Shown in pieces: positions 22,250 to 35,816 of a stretch of DNA of 64,000 nt (its first letter is position 1; each line of letters begins with the position of its first letter). Location: positions 3,936,001 to 4,000,000 of the forward strand of contig CM000153.2 of NCBI GenBank assembly GCA_000004695.1, in the 5' to 3' direction. The notes under the pieces were generated by a model. It made no database searches. It was not told the DNA's origin and saw only the letters and a program-made list of their open reading frames with translations. The translations under genes and the position numbers were made by a program. This DNA is from Dictyostelium discoideum (taxonomy: Eukaryota).

Positions 22250-23710
22250 TGGGAAAATACCTTTTATACCTTCCAATTCTATTGATGCTTGTTCAGCAAT
22301 ACCAATACCATTTCTAATGATACGTAATGAACCATCCCTATAGGTACCAGAACAAGTTACAATTTGAGCTTGACCTTGTTTTTCAGCATCAACAACACAG
22401 AAATCAACGACTGGACCAATGTTTGTAAATGCTTCTAAATAGGTGACGTATGAATCTGTAGTTTGATCTTTTTCAGTATTTAATCTTATCAATTGAGAAT
22501 CACCTGAACTTGAACCAATATAAACTACACCAGAATCTAAATAACTAATTGATGATGGTATTGAGATACGACCCAATTGTTCAAATTTCAATTCCATTAC
22601 TTTTTGTTGTTGATGAATTAATACCAATACTGATAATCTACCAAAATGATCACCAAAGAGGAATCGAGAACCATCTTTATCCACTCTAGTGAATGCTAAA
22701 AACTTTGTATATGATACTGCTACGGATCTAGTGACCTTACCATTTAAATAGGTGATACCATTATCTGCTACCACCAATACACCACCCAATGGTACAGGTA
22801 CTAACAATGAACTATAAACTCCAACATTTGATTGTGACCATGGTCCAACTACTAATTCTGTATCCTTTGATGATATCTCATAGGTTGATATATGTTTTTC
22901 ATCTTTTGTATCCTTAAAAAGTACCGCTATCGTTGGTACTTTACAACCATATAAAAATGTCATATCTAAAACTTGTAATTCCTCTAATCTAACATTATTT
23001 ACATTCTTTTGAATTGGTGAATTATTATTATTATTATTAATATTAAAATTATTATTATTAATATTATTATTATTATTATTATTATTGTTATTATTATTAT
23101 TGTTATTATTATTATTATTATTATTTATTTTATTTGGTGTATTATTATTATCCAAGGTAATTAATTTTAATAAACCTTCATAAAGATGTAATGCAACTAT
23201 TCTACCATCAGGATCTATAATGCCAAGTTGACCAGCTTCGGTTGGTCTACCAATTGTATCTTCAGCATTACCAGATGCTTTAGTTATAATCTCTTTCTTT
23301 TCATAGTCATATGCTAATATACAAAATTTAAAACTCTCTGTTGATATAAATAAATAATCCTGTTTACTACCAGCAACTGAAAATAATTTTAATACTGATA
23401 TTCTACCATAAATATTAACATCAAACATTGGTTTTAATCCATCTTGATCCATTAAAAATATTTCAATCTTTGTACATTTACTAAGTATTTATTGTTTATT
23501 ATTTATTATTATTATTTATTATCAAAAAGGGAAAAAAAGAAAGTTAATTTCAATATTATATTTTATTATTTTATTTTTTTAATTTTTTAATTTTTTATTA
23601 TTATATAATTACCTAATTATAAGATTTTTATCATTGGGACCTGTGAAATTACCAGTTACAGAATGTGTAACTGATGTTGGTTTTTGAACAGTTGATACAA
23701 AATTATACAT
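19941..23710 (-). CDS. repE: DNA damage-binding protein 1 (DDB1), 1181 aa. Three exons: 23710-23613, 23480-21492, 21399-19941.
   Basis: N-terminus [32 protein letters not shown]|[34 protein letters not shown]... aligns residue for residue with human DDB1 ([44 protein letters not shown]...). Across the second intron it reads ...[10 protein letters not shown]|[36 protein letters not shown] versus human [46 protein letters not shown]. The C-terminus reads ...[18 protein letters not shown]. Two poly-Asn insertions interrupt the propellers. Confidence 0.9.
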
Positions 23711-23920
23711 TTAGAGATGTATGTATATATTAATTAATTTATAATATCCTCTTTATCTCTAAGCGTTGGGAATGAAAAAAGAGAAAATATAAAAATAATA
23801 AAAAAAAAAAAAATTTTAAATCCAAAAAAAAAAAAAAGTAAAAAAAAATTTTGAAAAAAGAAAAAAAATTTAATTTAAAAAAAAAAAGTGAAAAAAAGGA
23901 AATAGCACATCAAAAAATTT

Positions 23921-23954
<34 letters not shown>

Positions 23955-24038
23955 CATTTTTATTTTTTTATTTTTATTTTTATTTTTTTATTTTTATATA
24001 TTTTATTATTTATAAATATATAAATATATAAATAAAAA

Positions 24039-25493
24039 ATGAATAGAGTTGCAGTTGTAGTTTTAGGTGATATTGGTAGATCACCAAGAATGCAATATCA
24101 TTCAATGTCATTATCAAAATTAGAGAATACCAAAGTTACATTAATAGGTTACAGAGAGAGTGAACCACATCCACAAATTGTTAATAATGATTCGATTACA
24201 ATTGAACCATTAAAACCATTTCCAATATCAATGTCAAATTCATTTAAAAAGATACCATTAATTTCGATATTTATGTGGCCACTATTAGCGATATGTAAAG
24301 TACTTTTTCAAATTATTCAATTAATGTATGTACTATTAGTTAAAGTTCCATCACCATTGAATACGATATTGGTTCAATCTCCACCTGCAATTCCAACAAT
24401 ATTCGTAATGCAAATAGTTTGTTGGATTAGAGGTGTTCATTTAGTAATAGATTGGCATAATCTTGGTTATACTCTATTAAAATTATCACTTTCTAAATCT
24501 GATAATCATCCAATCATTCGTTTAGCAAAATTCATTGAGCGTTATTTCGCAAAGAATGCCTACGCTCATTTATTCGTAACAAATGAAATGAAAATTCAAT
24601 TAGTTAGAGATTGGAATTTAAAGTAAGTATTTTTAATAATAAATACTTACTTTAAAAATATATATACATATTAATTTTATTTTTTTTAGGGGAAAAACAT
24701 TTGTATTTCATGATAAAGCCTCACCAATTTTTAAGAGTTTAACAGATAGAGAACAAGAAGAATTTTTAAAAACATTTATAAATAAATATTCTATTAAAGG
24801 TGAGGATAAAGTTTATATTGAGTCTGTAATTTCAAAGAAATCAATTAGAAATCCAAAACAACAAACTTCAATTATAATCTCTTCAACAAGTTGGACACAA
24901 GATGAAGATTTTTCAATATTACTAGATGCAATTGTGAAATATGATATTGAGCATGCTATAAACAACAACAACAACAAAGTAGAGGAAGCACAAGATGAAT
25001 CAGTTGTTTTAGCAGAGAATTTATTATTTATTATTACTGGTAAAGGACCACAAAAAGAATATTATCAAGAGAAAATAAATTCATTATCATTAAAGAAATC
25101 AAGAATCATTACAGTTTGGTTAGATTCTGAAGATTATCCAAAACTATTGGCATGTTGTGATTTAGGTGTTTCACTTCATAATAGTAGTAGTGGTATTGAT
25201 TTACCAATGAAAGTGGTGGATATGTTTGGTTGTTGTTTACCAGTTTTAGCAATTGATTTCAAATGTATTGGAGAATTGGTTAAAGTTAATTACAATGGTT
25301 TCCTATTCAAAGATTCTGATCAACTACATCAATTATTAAATCAATTATTTACTCATCCTACCAATAACAATACCATTACCAATACCAATAACAATAAGAA
25401 TTTAATTTTAGAGAAAATGAGAAAAAATTTAACAAAAGATAGAGAAACTGACACTTGGGAAAGTAATTGGTTAACAATTAAACCATTATTCAT

Positions 25494-25558
<65 letters not shown>

Positions 25559-25587
25559 CTTCAAACTCAAAATCAAAGAAAGATTAA
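24039..25587 (+). CDS. alg1: ALG1 chitobiosyldiphosphodolichol beta-1,4-mannosyltransferase. Two exons: 24039-24622 and 24690-25587. The C-terminus carries a poly-Ser run of about 22 residues.
   Basis: MNRVAVVVLGDIGRSPRMQYHSMSL... is the conserved ALG1 N-terminus. The intron is AA|GTAAGT...TTTTTTTAG|G, preserving the frame into GKTFVFHDKASP... Exon 2 contains the GT4 glycosyltransferase core (ITGKGPQKEYY...DLPMKVVDMFGCCLPV). Confidence 0.85.
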
Positions 25588-25628
25588 TAATAAAATAAAA
25601 TAAAATAAAATAAAATTTATATTTATTA

Positions 25629-26211
25629 TTATAATAATAATACATTTTGACTACTTAGGTAGACAATAAAAGCTCCACCTTTTGAATTTTCTTCAAATAG
25701 TAAAGAATTTTCTTTTAAAAAGCTATTTACTCTTGGTTTAATTTTAGCTTCACCAACACTATGACTACCTCTACCAGTAATAACTAATAGTTTTCCTTTA
25801 TATTTTTCTTTTATTAATTGGTTTATTCGATTTTTTAATTCTAAAATTGCATGATCTGAATATAACCCATGAAGATCAATTGTATATTTATCTCTATCTT
25901 TATTACTATAATTTTTTTTTTTTTTTTTTTTGAATATTAAAAAATTGGTTTTTGTGTAAATATAGGAATAAAAAAAAAAAAAAAAAAAAGAAATTTATAT
26001 ATGTATACCTTAATTGAAAAATCTGAGAATTAAAATCATCAACGGTTGGTTTTATTAGTTGGTATTTTTTCTCTTTTTTTAGTTGATTAACTTCTTTATT
26101 TAATTTTTCATGAAGAGAATCAACATCTTCTAAATCTTCTTTTGTTACAAATAATCTTCTAACAAATTGGTAGGTTAAAATTGCACCTACCAACAATACA
26201 ACTGCAAACAT
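25629..26211 (-). CDS. Small membrane-anchored Smr (MutS2-related) domain protein, about 159 aa. Two exons: 26211-26009 and 25905-25629.
   Basis: N-terminal TM helix, then a coiled coil (EDLEDVDSLHEKLNKEVNQLKKEKK). After a GTATAC...TTATAG intron it reads NKDRDKYTIDLHGLYSDHAILELKNRINQL...LLVITGRGSHSVGEAKIKPRV, which is the Smr signature. Confidence 0.65.
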
Positions 26212-27393
26212 TGTTTTTTTTTTTTATTTATTTTATTTTATTTTATTTTAGATTTATAAGAGGTTTTTTTTTTTTTTTTTAAAATAAAAAATAAAAAAAA
26301 TTAAAAATAAAAATTTAAAAAAAAAAAAAAAAATTAATTATTAAAAATTAATTTTAATTTTTAAAATGGTTATTCCATGAATAATTTAATTTTCTTTTTT
26401 GAAATTTGTTTCAAATAAAATAAATTTTATTATTAAAGATATTAAAAAAAAAAAAATTTATTTGTAATACAAAATAAAATAAAATAAAATAAAATAAAAT
26501 AAAATCTTTGAAATTTAAATTTATAAATAATTAAAAATTTTTTTATTTTTATTTTTTATATATTTTTTTATAAGAATTATTTTAGGATTTGCTTTTTTGT
26601 TTCCAAAAATTAAAATTAAAAAAATTTAAATTTTTAAATGTAAATTAATCCCTTAATAAAATAATGTGGATGCGGAAAGACAAGATTCTAAAATAAAAAA
26701 AAAAAAATAAAAAAAATAAAAATAGTAAAAATAAAAAAATAAAAATAAAATATAGGGAATTAATGATGATATAATTATTATTATTTTAATTAGTTTATTA
26801 TTTTTATATTTCCTTAAGGAGAAATAAATTAAATAATGATTTAAGAAATAATGAAATAAAAAAATTAAAAAAAAAATGATGAATATATGAATATATATAA
26901 ATATGTTATTAATAATAAAAAGAAATATTTTGATTTTAGATTCCATTGTTTTTAACATTAAATTAATTTAATATATTATTATTAAATATTATTTATTTTA
27001 TTTTAAAAAATATCATCATCATCATCATCATATAATTATTTTAAAACTAATACTTTTTAACAACTACAATTCAATTATTATTACATTAATTCTTTTAAAA
27101 ACTATCAATAACAAAAATAGCAATTAATCATCAATAAATAAAATAAATAAAAAAATAAATAAAAAAAATAAATAAAAAAATAAATAAAAAAATAATTAAT
27201 TAAATAAAAAAATAAATAAAATAAATAAAAATGTAACCTTAATTTTTTTTTTTTTTAAAATAATACACTCAAACCACTTTCTTTCACTTTCCATATTAAT
27301 AAATATACAAATAACCATGATGTGCTATTATTTTTGACTCTGATTTAATTATTTTATTATAAGTTTTTTTTAGTTTTTGTGTGTGTGTGTGTA

Positions 27394-27424
<31 letters not shown>

Positions 27425-27719
27425 ATGTTTTATTTTATGTTATTATAAACCCTCACCCAATCATTCAAGGTCATAATTATTGACCAATAAATATTTTTAT
27501 TTTTATTTTTTATTTTTATTTTTTGATTATTGTATAAATACACAATAAAACCACACCAAATCACCACACCTCACCACTTATTTTTATCAAATAAAACCAC
27601 AAATTTTCACTATGGTTCATAATATCGATACAGAATAGCAATAAATAATTTTATTATTCTAATGCCTATCATTTTGAACGAATCTGTTCTATCAATTTGT
27701 TATTAATAACAAATTTTCT

Positions 27720-27766
<47 letters not shown>

Positions 27767-28323
27767 TTTTGTATTTATAAATTATATATATGCCAACATT
27801 CTCACCCACTCACACTTAATCAATTCATCATTACACACAATTGTTAATTTGTATTTTTTTTATTTTTTTTTTTATTATTTATTTATTTTTTTTTATTTTT
27901 TTTTTATTTATTTATTTTTTTTTAAAAAAAAATTTATTATTTATATTTATTTTTATAAGCAGTATAAGTAATAATCAAATTATAAAAAATACAAAAAAAA
28001 AACAAGAAATTAATATTATTAATTTAATATTATTCAATTATATATATATAAATATTTTTTAAAAAATAACCCAAAAAAGTTGTTAGATAAATATAAAAAT
28101 ACATTATTATAACATTACAAAAATTTTTTAAAAAAAAAAAAAAAAGAACAACAATAAAATAATAAAAAAAATAATAAAATAAAGTAATTATTATTTATTT
28201 GAAAAAAAAAAAAAAAAAAAAAAAAATTAAAAAAAAAAAAGTAATAATTAAAATATTTTTATTAATTTTATAATTATTATTATTATTTAATTAGAATTTG
28301 ATTTTATTTTATTTTTAGATGAA

Positions 28324-29976
28324 ATGAAAATATTAAAAGCATTAATATTATTAACAGTATTATTTAAAACAGTTATAGGAGGTGTAGAGACATCAACTAA
28401 AGGATTACATGTTTATGGTAGAAATATATTGAATGAAAATGGAGAATTAGTAATGTTAAGAGGAGCAAATCGTCCAGGTACAGAGTATTGTTGCGTTCAA
28501 TATGCTAAAATATTTGATGGACCACATGATCAAGCACAAGTTGATGAAATGAGAAAGTGGAAAATGAATGCAGTGCGTGTTCCATTGAATGAGGATTGTT
28601 GGTTAGGAGTTCATGCACCAGAGACCGAATACTTTGGAGCATCCTATAGAAAAGCCCTTGAAGATTATATTAAACAATATACCGATAGCAACATGGCTGT
28701 GATTATAGATTTGCATTGGGCATCTGAGAATGGTAAATTGGCAACTCAGCAAATTCCAATGCCAAACAATGGTAATAGTTTGTTGTTTTGGGAAGACGTT
28801 GCCAGAACATTTAAAGACAATTCACGTGTTTTGTTCGATCTTTACAATGAACCATACCCATATGGAAATAGTTGGGCCAACCCAGACGCATGGCAATGTT
28901 GGAAGAACGGTACTGATTGCGGCACCCTTGGCTATGAGGCATCTGGTATGCAGCAAATGATTGATGCAATTCGTTCCACTGGCTCAACTAATATCATCCT
29001 TTTGAGTGGTATTCAATATGCAACTTCATTCACAATGTTTTTAGACTACCAACCAACAGACCCTGCCAAACAAATGGGTGTTGCACTTCATAGTTACGAT
29101 TTCAATTATTGCAGATCTAGAGGTTGTTGGGATACTTATTTGAAGCCAGTTTACTCTCTCTTCCCTATGGTTGCCACTGAAACAGGTCAAAAGGATTGTC
29201 TTCATGATTTCCTCTCTGATTTCATTAACTATTGTGATAGCAATGATATACATTATTTAGCATGGTCTTGGCTAACTGGTGAATGTGGTATTCCATCATT
29301 GATTGAAGATTATGAAGGCAATCCAAGTAATTTCGGAGTTGGTTTGAAAAGACATCTCTCTGATTTAGCCAAAGGTGTCACTCCATACTACACCGATACC
29401 TTTGAAATCTACAATGATAAACTCACACATTGGGCTGATGATTGGAGTTCTGCAACTCGTATTATCAATAGTACCACTCAAGTTTACTCTGGTAAATACT
29501 CTATCGAATGGTTACCATCCGCTTCTAAATCACTTCATTTCATGTGTTGGAGTTGTATCAAACCAAAGATTCATAAATCTGTTGATTTCTATGCCAATGG
29601 TGGTAGTAAAGGTGGTCAAGATATGGATATTGATCTATTGAAATTAAATCCAGATGGTACAAACACTATCCTTCATACCTATAAACTAAGTCAACTTTTA
29701 GGTGGAAAAGTAGTTCCAAAATCTGAATGGGTTAAAGTGGTTTTGGATTTAACAACTCTACCAAAAGATGAAGAATATGATGGTTTTTGGTTAAAATCTG
29801 ATACAAGTCAACCTTCAATGTATGTTGATGAAATTACAATTCAAGCAATTCATGAACCACCAACTCAAATTCCAGATTCTCAATGGGAAGAACAAAATGG
29901 TGATAGTTCAATAGGTTCAATAATTACTGTAAATTTAATTTTATTTATATTTACTTTATTATCATTATTATTATAA
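28324..29976 (+). CDS. Secreted glycoside hydrolase family 5 (cellulase-like) with a C-terminal beta-rich module and a hydrophobic GPI/TM-like tail, 550 aa
   Basis: Signal peptide. GH5 landmarks: ...ELVMLRGANRPG, NAVRVPL, IIDLHW, LFDLYNEP (acid/base Glu), MVATETG (nucleophile Glu). It ends in the hydrophobic tail IITVNLILFIFTLLSLLL. Confidence 0.8.
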   Translation: MKILKALILLTVLFKTVIGGVETSTKGLHVYGRNILNENGELVMLRGANRPGTEYCCVQYAKIFDGPHDQAQVDEMRKWKMNAVRVPLNEDCWLGVHAPETEYFGASYRKALEDYIKQYTDSNMAVIIDLHWASENGKLATQQIPMPNNGNSLLFWEDVARTFKDNSRVLFDLYNEPYPYGNSWANPDAWQCWKNGTDCGTLGYEASGMQQMIDAIRSTGSTNIILLSGIQYATSFTMFLDYQPTDPAKQMGVALHSYDFNYCRSRGCWDTYLKPVYSLFPMVATETGQKDCLHDFLSDFINYCDSNDIHYLAWSWLTGECGIPSLIEDYEGNPSNFGVGLKRHLSDLAKGVTPYYTDTFEIYNDKLTHWADDWSSATRIINSTTQVYSGKYSIEWLPSASKSLHFMCWSCIKPKIHKSVDFYANGGSKGGQDMDIDLLKLNPDGTNTILHTYKLSQLLGGKVVPKSEWVKVVLDLTTLPKDEEYDGFWLKSDTSQPSMYVDEITIQAIHEPPTQIPDSQWEEQNGDSSIGSIITVNLILFIFTLLSLLL

Positions 29977-30260
29977 AAATATAAAAAAAAAAAAAAAACA
30001 ATGGTTATTATATAAAATATAAATAAGATCTAAAAATAAAAATAAAAAAAAAAAAAAAAAAGAAATCCAATGCTAAAAATAATTTAATTTCCCTCCAAAA
30101 ATAGTCATTTTTGAACTTTTTTTTTTTTTTAATTTTTTTTATTTTTTTTTTTATTTTTTATTTTTTTTTTTTATGAAATACGCGCAATTTTTTTTTTATA
30201 ATTACACTTTACATATTCACACACTCATATATATAAACATTAATAAATAAATATTTAAAT

Positions 30261-31572
<1,312 letters not shown>

Positions 31573-31752
31573 AATAAAAAAAAAAAAAAAAAAACAAAAA
31601 AAAAAAAAAAAAAATCTTAAATAAAATTTTCAATCATATTATAAATAAGATTATTAATATGAATTTTAATAAATTGGGAAAATAACAAAATAAATAAAAT
31701 AAATTATTATTTTTAAAATATTATTTTTTTTTTTTTTTTTTTTTAATTGAAA

Positions 31753-32097
31753 TTATTTATTTGAAAAATATGATAATGATATTGGACCAAGATTATCATA
31801 ACAATTTTTTAAATCATTTTCAGAGATAAATTGGAAAAGGAATTCAAATGTCTTAAAATTTTCTCTATCTATTTCTAATAAATTTTTAATTGTTGGGTGA
31901 TTTTTAATTTGTTTTAAAATTTGAGAATAATTTTTACTAAGAATTTCTTTAGTTTCAAATTTAATTTTATTATTTGCTTTGTAAGGTGAAGTGAATGAGA
32001 ATTTTGATTTTTTAGAGAGGTAGATAAAATTTAATATCTGTTTTATCATATGAATGACTTGTAAAAATGTGTGATAAATAATCTTAGAAATATACAT
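31753..32097 (-). CDS. Hypothetical small protein of 114 aa, with no recognisable domain
   Basis: ORF with protein-like composition lying convergent to RFC4. There is no homology I can assert. Confidence 0.3.
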   Translation of the reverse strand: MYISKIIYHTFLQVIHMIKQILNFIYLSKKSKFSFTSPYKANNKIKFETKEILSKNYSQILKQIKNHPTIKNLLEIDRENFKTFEFLFQFISENDLKNCYDNLGPISLSYFSNK

Positions 32098-33202
32098 CTC
32101 TATAATAAAATTCTACTGATAGACCAATAACCAAAGTGTTTTAATAATTCTAAAATTTTAAAATAAGAATGAAAATTATTAAAAGTATCATGAAAGTAAG
32201 ACCTATGGAAATCAAATAAATAATTTAATACACCAATTGAATAATATAAAATGTTGGTGGTACAATTGGGGAATCTAGAATTGATAACTTTTAACTTGTT
32301 TGCATTAATTTAAATCGTGGATTGCACAGACAGATTAATGAAGATTCAATTCAGGCAATAAAATCAAACTATATTGCTTTTTATTATTAAAATTTATTGA
32401 ATCAAATTCATTATAATAAAAATTTATTAATACTGATTTACCCATTTCGTTGGGTTTTGTTTTCTTTCAATTTTAATATTAATTTACAAATTCTAAATAT
32501 CCTCTCATTTGATTTTTTTTTTTTTTTTTTTTTTTATTGGAATTAGAAATTAGAATGGAACCTTTTTTAATTCTTACTTTTATGGTAATATCGAATCTCT
32601 AAAATTATAAAGGGAGATTATTTTATTAAGTTTTTTTTTATTTATTTTTTTCTATTTTTTTTTTTATTTTTTTTTTATTTTTTTATTTTTTTTATTTTTT
32701 TTTTATTTTTTTTTTTTAAAAAGGAAAGAATAAAATGCTAAAAAACCCAAAAAAATTTGATTATCGATTTTGGAAATTCAAAAAAAAGTAAAATTTTGTA
32801 ACAAAACCTTTTTAGGATAGATTATAAAAATATTTCCAAAGGTGGACGATCTTGATTAAAATTTTTTTTTTTTTTTTTGCACAAAAAGAAAATTTTTTTA
32901 TTTTCCAAATAGTCATTTTACACAAACAATCAGTAAATCAAAGTTTAAAAATAATAATTTTATATAAATATTTTAATGAAATTAAAAAAAAAAAAAACCA
33001 ATTGCAACAAACTTAAAAATAATAATTTTTTATAAATATTTAAATCAAATAAAAATGTATAAAATAATTTAATAATCATTTTTATTTTAAAAAAAAAAAA
33101 ATCAATTTTTTATTAGGGTTATTTGTTGTTTTAATATGACTTGTTCAAAAACAGGGGTTAAAGATTTATCTCTGGACAAAACCATTTGATTCCATCTTCT
33201 AA

Positions 33203-33218
33203 TTGTTTAATAAAAGAA

Positions 33219-33249
<31 letters not shown>

Positions 33250-33356
33250 AAAAAAAAAAAAAAAAAGGAAAAAAAAAAAAAGGAAAAAAAAAAAAATTAA
33301 AAGAAAAAAAAAAGGAAAAAAAAAAAAAAAAAAAAAAAGGAAAAGGAAAAAAAAGG

Positions 33357-33435
<79 letters not shown>

Positions 33436-33445
33436 CTTTAATTAA
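33203..33445. repeat. Very long A-rich tract, (A)n interrupted by GG, about 240 bp
   Basis: Direct reading. The Lys-rich ORF 33203-33445 is spurious. Confidence 0.85.
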
Positions 33446-33789
33446 AGTAAATCTTTTAACTCATAGCTTTTGAACTTGGTAAATATATTTAATATACATA
33501 GAATATAATGTCCTATATTTATAATATTATTTTTTACAATTAAAATAACAATATCAATAATAAAAATAATTTTTTTTTTTTTATAAAATCAATTTAAATT
33601 TTAATTTAGTTGAAAAAAAGTAAGGTATTAAAACTTTATTTATATAATAAAAATATCTAAAAAAATGATTTGGATAATTTTAATATTTTTTTTTTTTTTT
33701 CTTCCTTTCTTTTTCTTTATTTTTTCTCTTAGATAAACTTGAAGAGTTCTTCAAAAACCTTTATTTCTAAATCTCACTGGCTGTAACTC

Positions 33790-33985
33790 AATATTAAAAA
33801 GCTTTGTGAATACTTTTTCAACTGATCAATTGAATGGCTACTCCTAACTCAAATGTCCCAGTATTAAAATGCTATGAGAATAGCTTTGCAACTGCTCAAT
33901 TGAATGGCTACCCCTTACTCAAATAATCCAGTATTTAAATGCTATGTGAATAGTTTTGCAACTGCTCAATATAATGGCTAGAGAT
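33790..33985 (+). repeat. Three tandem degenerate copies of a unit of about 63-65 bp (gctatgNgaatagctttgcaactgctcaattgaatggctaccccttactcaaat..cc(c)agtatt.aaat), in unusually GC-richer sequence about 0.9 kb upstream of tRNA-Lys
   Basis: Self-similarity read directly. There is no ORF. Candidate small-RNA gene array or satellite. Confidence 0.6.
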
Positions 33986-34862
33986 CACTCAACGATCTGG
34001 TTTAATAAATTATTGGAGGTAACAAAGACTTTTCTCAAGGAGTTTTTAATGTCGGTTCCTCAATAATTGAATAATAAAAAAAATAAAATTAAAGAATAAT
34101 ATAAAACAATTAAAAAAATAGATTTTTTATCTTTTTTGTAGTCAAAATTAACATATTTCTAATTTGATTTTAAAAACATTTACCAATATTAATAAATTAA
34201 CATAAAATAAACTATAAACAAATTCATTAGGAAAATATCCGTTATTTTATTTTTTCACAACTATAATTTTTTTTGTTAAATTAATTGCCTTTTTTTTTCG
34301 AATTTTTAATTGTATTATTACTTTTGATTAAAACATCTTTTTTGTCCAAACTTTTTTCTTAATCTTTTTTATTTTATTTGTGGTCGGCTTCGTGATTGAT
34401 GTTGATGACATATTTGAATTGTTTTATTTTATTTGTGTTTTGTCTTGGCTTATTTTTTGTAGGCATTTGTATTGCATAATATTTGTGGTGTTTTTGTTTT
34501 TTTTAAAAGTCTTTTTATTTGAAAAATGAAATAATCAAATAAAAGAGATTGTAGTTGTTGGTTCACTAAAATGGAGCCTATTTTTTTTTTTTTAATGACC
34601 TCATCCCAATTTATTTAATAGAGGAATTCAAAGCGAATTTAATGATTAAATAATGGTAAAATAAAAAATTTGTTAGGTAGTAGGGCCACTCACCCCCCTT
34701 TTATTTTAAGAGTTTTTCAAAAAAAAAAAATTTTAAGTAAAAGCAAGGTATTGGATCGATAACATTGAGATATATATATATGAAAAATATATGATCTAAT
34801 TCGGGATTGTCCTTTTGTTTTTTAGTTTTAATTTATGTAAATATAATATTTTTTCAACAAAT

Positions 34863-34935
34863 GCCCAGATAGCTCAGTCGGTAGAGCGCAAGGCTTTTAA
34901 CCTTGTGGTCGGGGGTTCGAGCCCCCCTTTGGGCG
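34863..34935 (+). tRNA. tRNA-Lys (anticodon UUU), 73 nt, with no flanking retroelement
   Basis: GCCCAGATAGCTCAGTCGGTAGAGCGCAAGGCTTTTAACCTTGTGGTCGGGGGTTCGAGCCCCCCTTTGGGCG: acceptor 7 bp, anticodon loop CTTTTAA, T arm GGGGGTTCGAGCCCCCC. ORF 34815-35045 running through it is spurious. Confidence 0.9.
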
Positions 34936-35816
34936 AATTTTTCAAACCACTCAATATAAGTCGAGTGTTCGATTCCCTTCTAAAACTCAAAATAGAAACT
35001 GAAAAAAAACTTCAATGCTACATACCAACTATACAATTAATTTAAAATGTGTTAATTCAGAACATTCGTATTTAGAAACATAATAGGGTTAATAATGCAT
35101 CATATTTGGGTTTGGATATGCAATCAATATCGACAAACCTAAAAGAGATGAAAAACCAACAAATGGTACAAACTAGCTATTCAAGAATAAAAAAAGAAGT
35201 TAATTTTAAAATTAACTCTTTCAAAAGATCAGAACAATTTTAAAGACCCAAACAATTTCCTTAAACAAATAATCAAACAAATATTAACTCAAAATTTCAA
35301 AAAAAGAAAATAAATTAATAAAATAAACCTATTGCTGTTTATTTCCTTTAATGTGTAATCATTAATCAAAATAAAAAAAATGTTGACGTTCGAACTGAAA
35401 TGTTCTAACCGAATTCTTTGTAAAGAGTATATTAGAAAGTTTTAAAAGATAGTAAAAATACTCAATAGGCTGACAGATTTTATGTAACAAATAAATACTA
35501 TATGTAAATTACCTTAATAAATAATTCCAGAGTGGAGCCATTAATCTCTGATTTATGAGAATATGAATTAATTTGAGGAATTGAATTATTCTGTCCATTC
35601 ATTACCTTTTTGATTAATGTAAAATTGGTTTGCTCAAAATTTTAATTAAAAACATTATATTGTATCAATGATAATAAAAAAAAAATAAAAAATTTTATCA
35701 ACAGCATCTTTTGGTGCTCTAGAATGTTTTTTCATAAAACTATTTATTAAAATTTATAAATTGATTATTTTTTACTATAAATTATTGTCCCACACAAGCT
35801 ATATTATTTTAAAAAT

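Noticed and set aside
24039-24626. ALG1 ORF terminating ...DWNLK* at 24626
   Set aside because: The stop is the TAA inside the GTAAGT donor. The gene continues in exon 2 after a 67-bp intron.
33203-33445. Lys-rich 80-aa ORF
   Set aside because: It is a translation of an (A)n/GG tract.
34815-35045. 76-aa plus-strand ORF
   Set aside because: It reads straight through the tRNA-Lys gene (AQIAQSVERKAFNLVVGGSSPP is the tRNA translated). It is non-coding.
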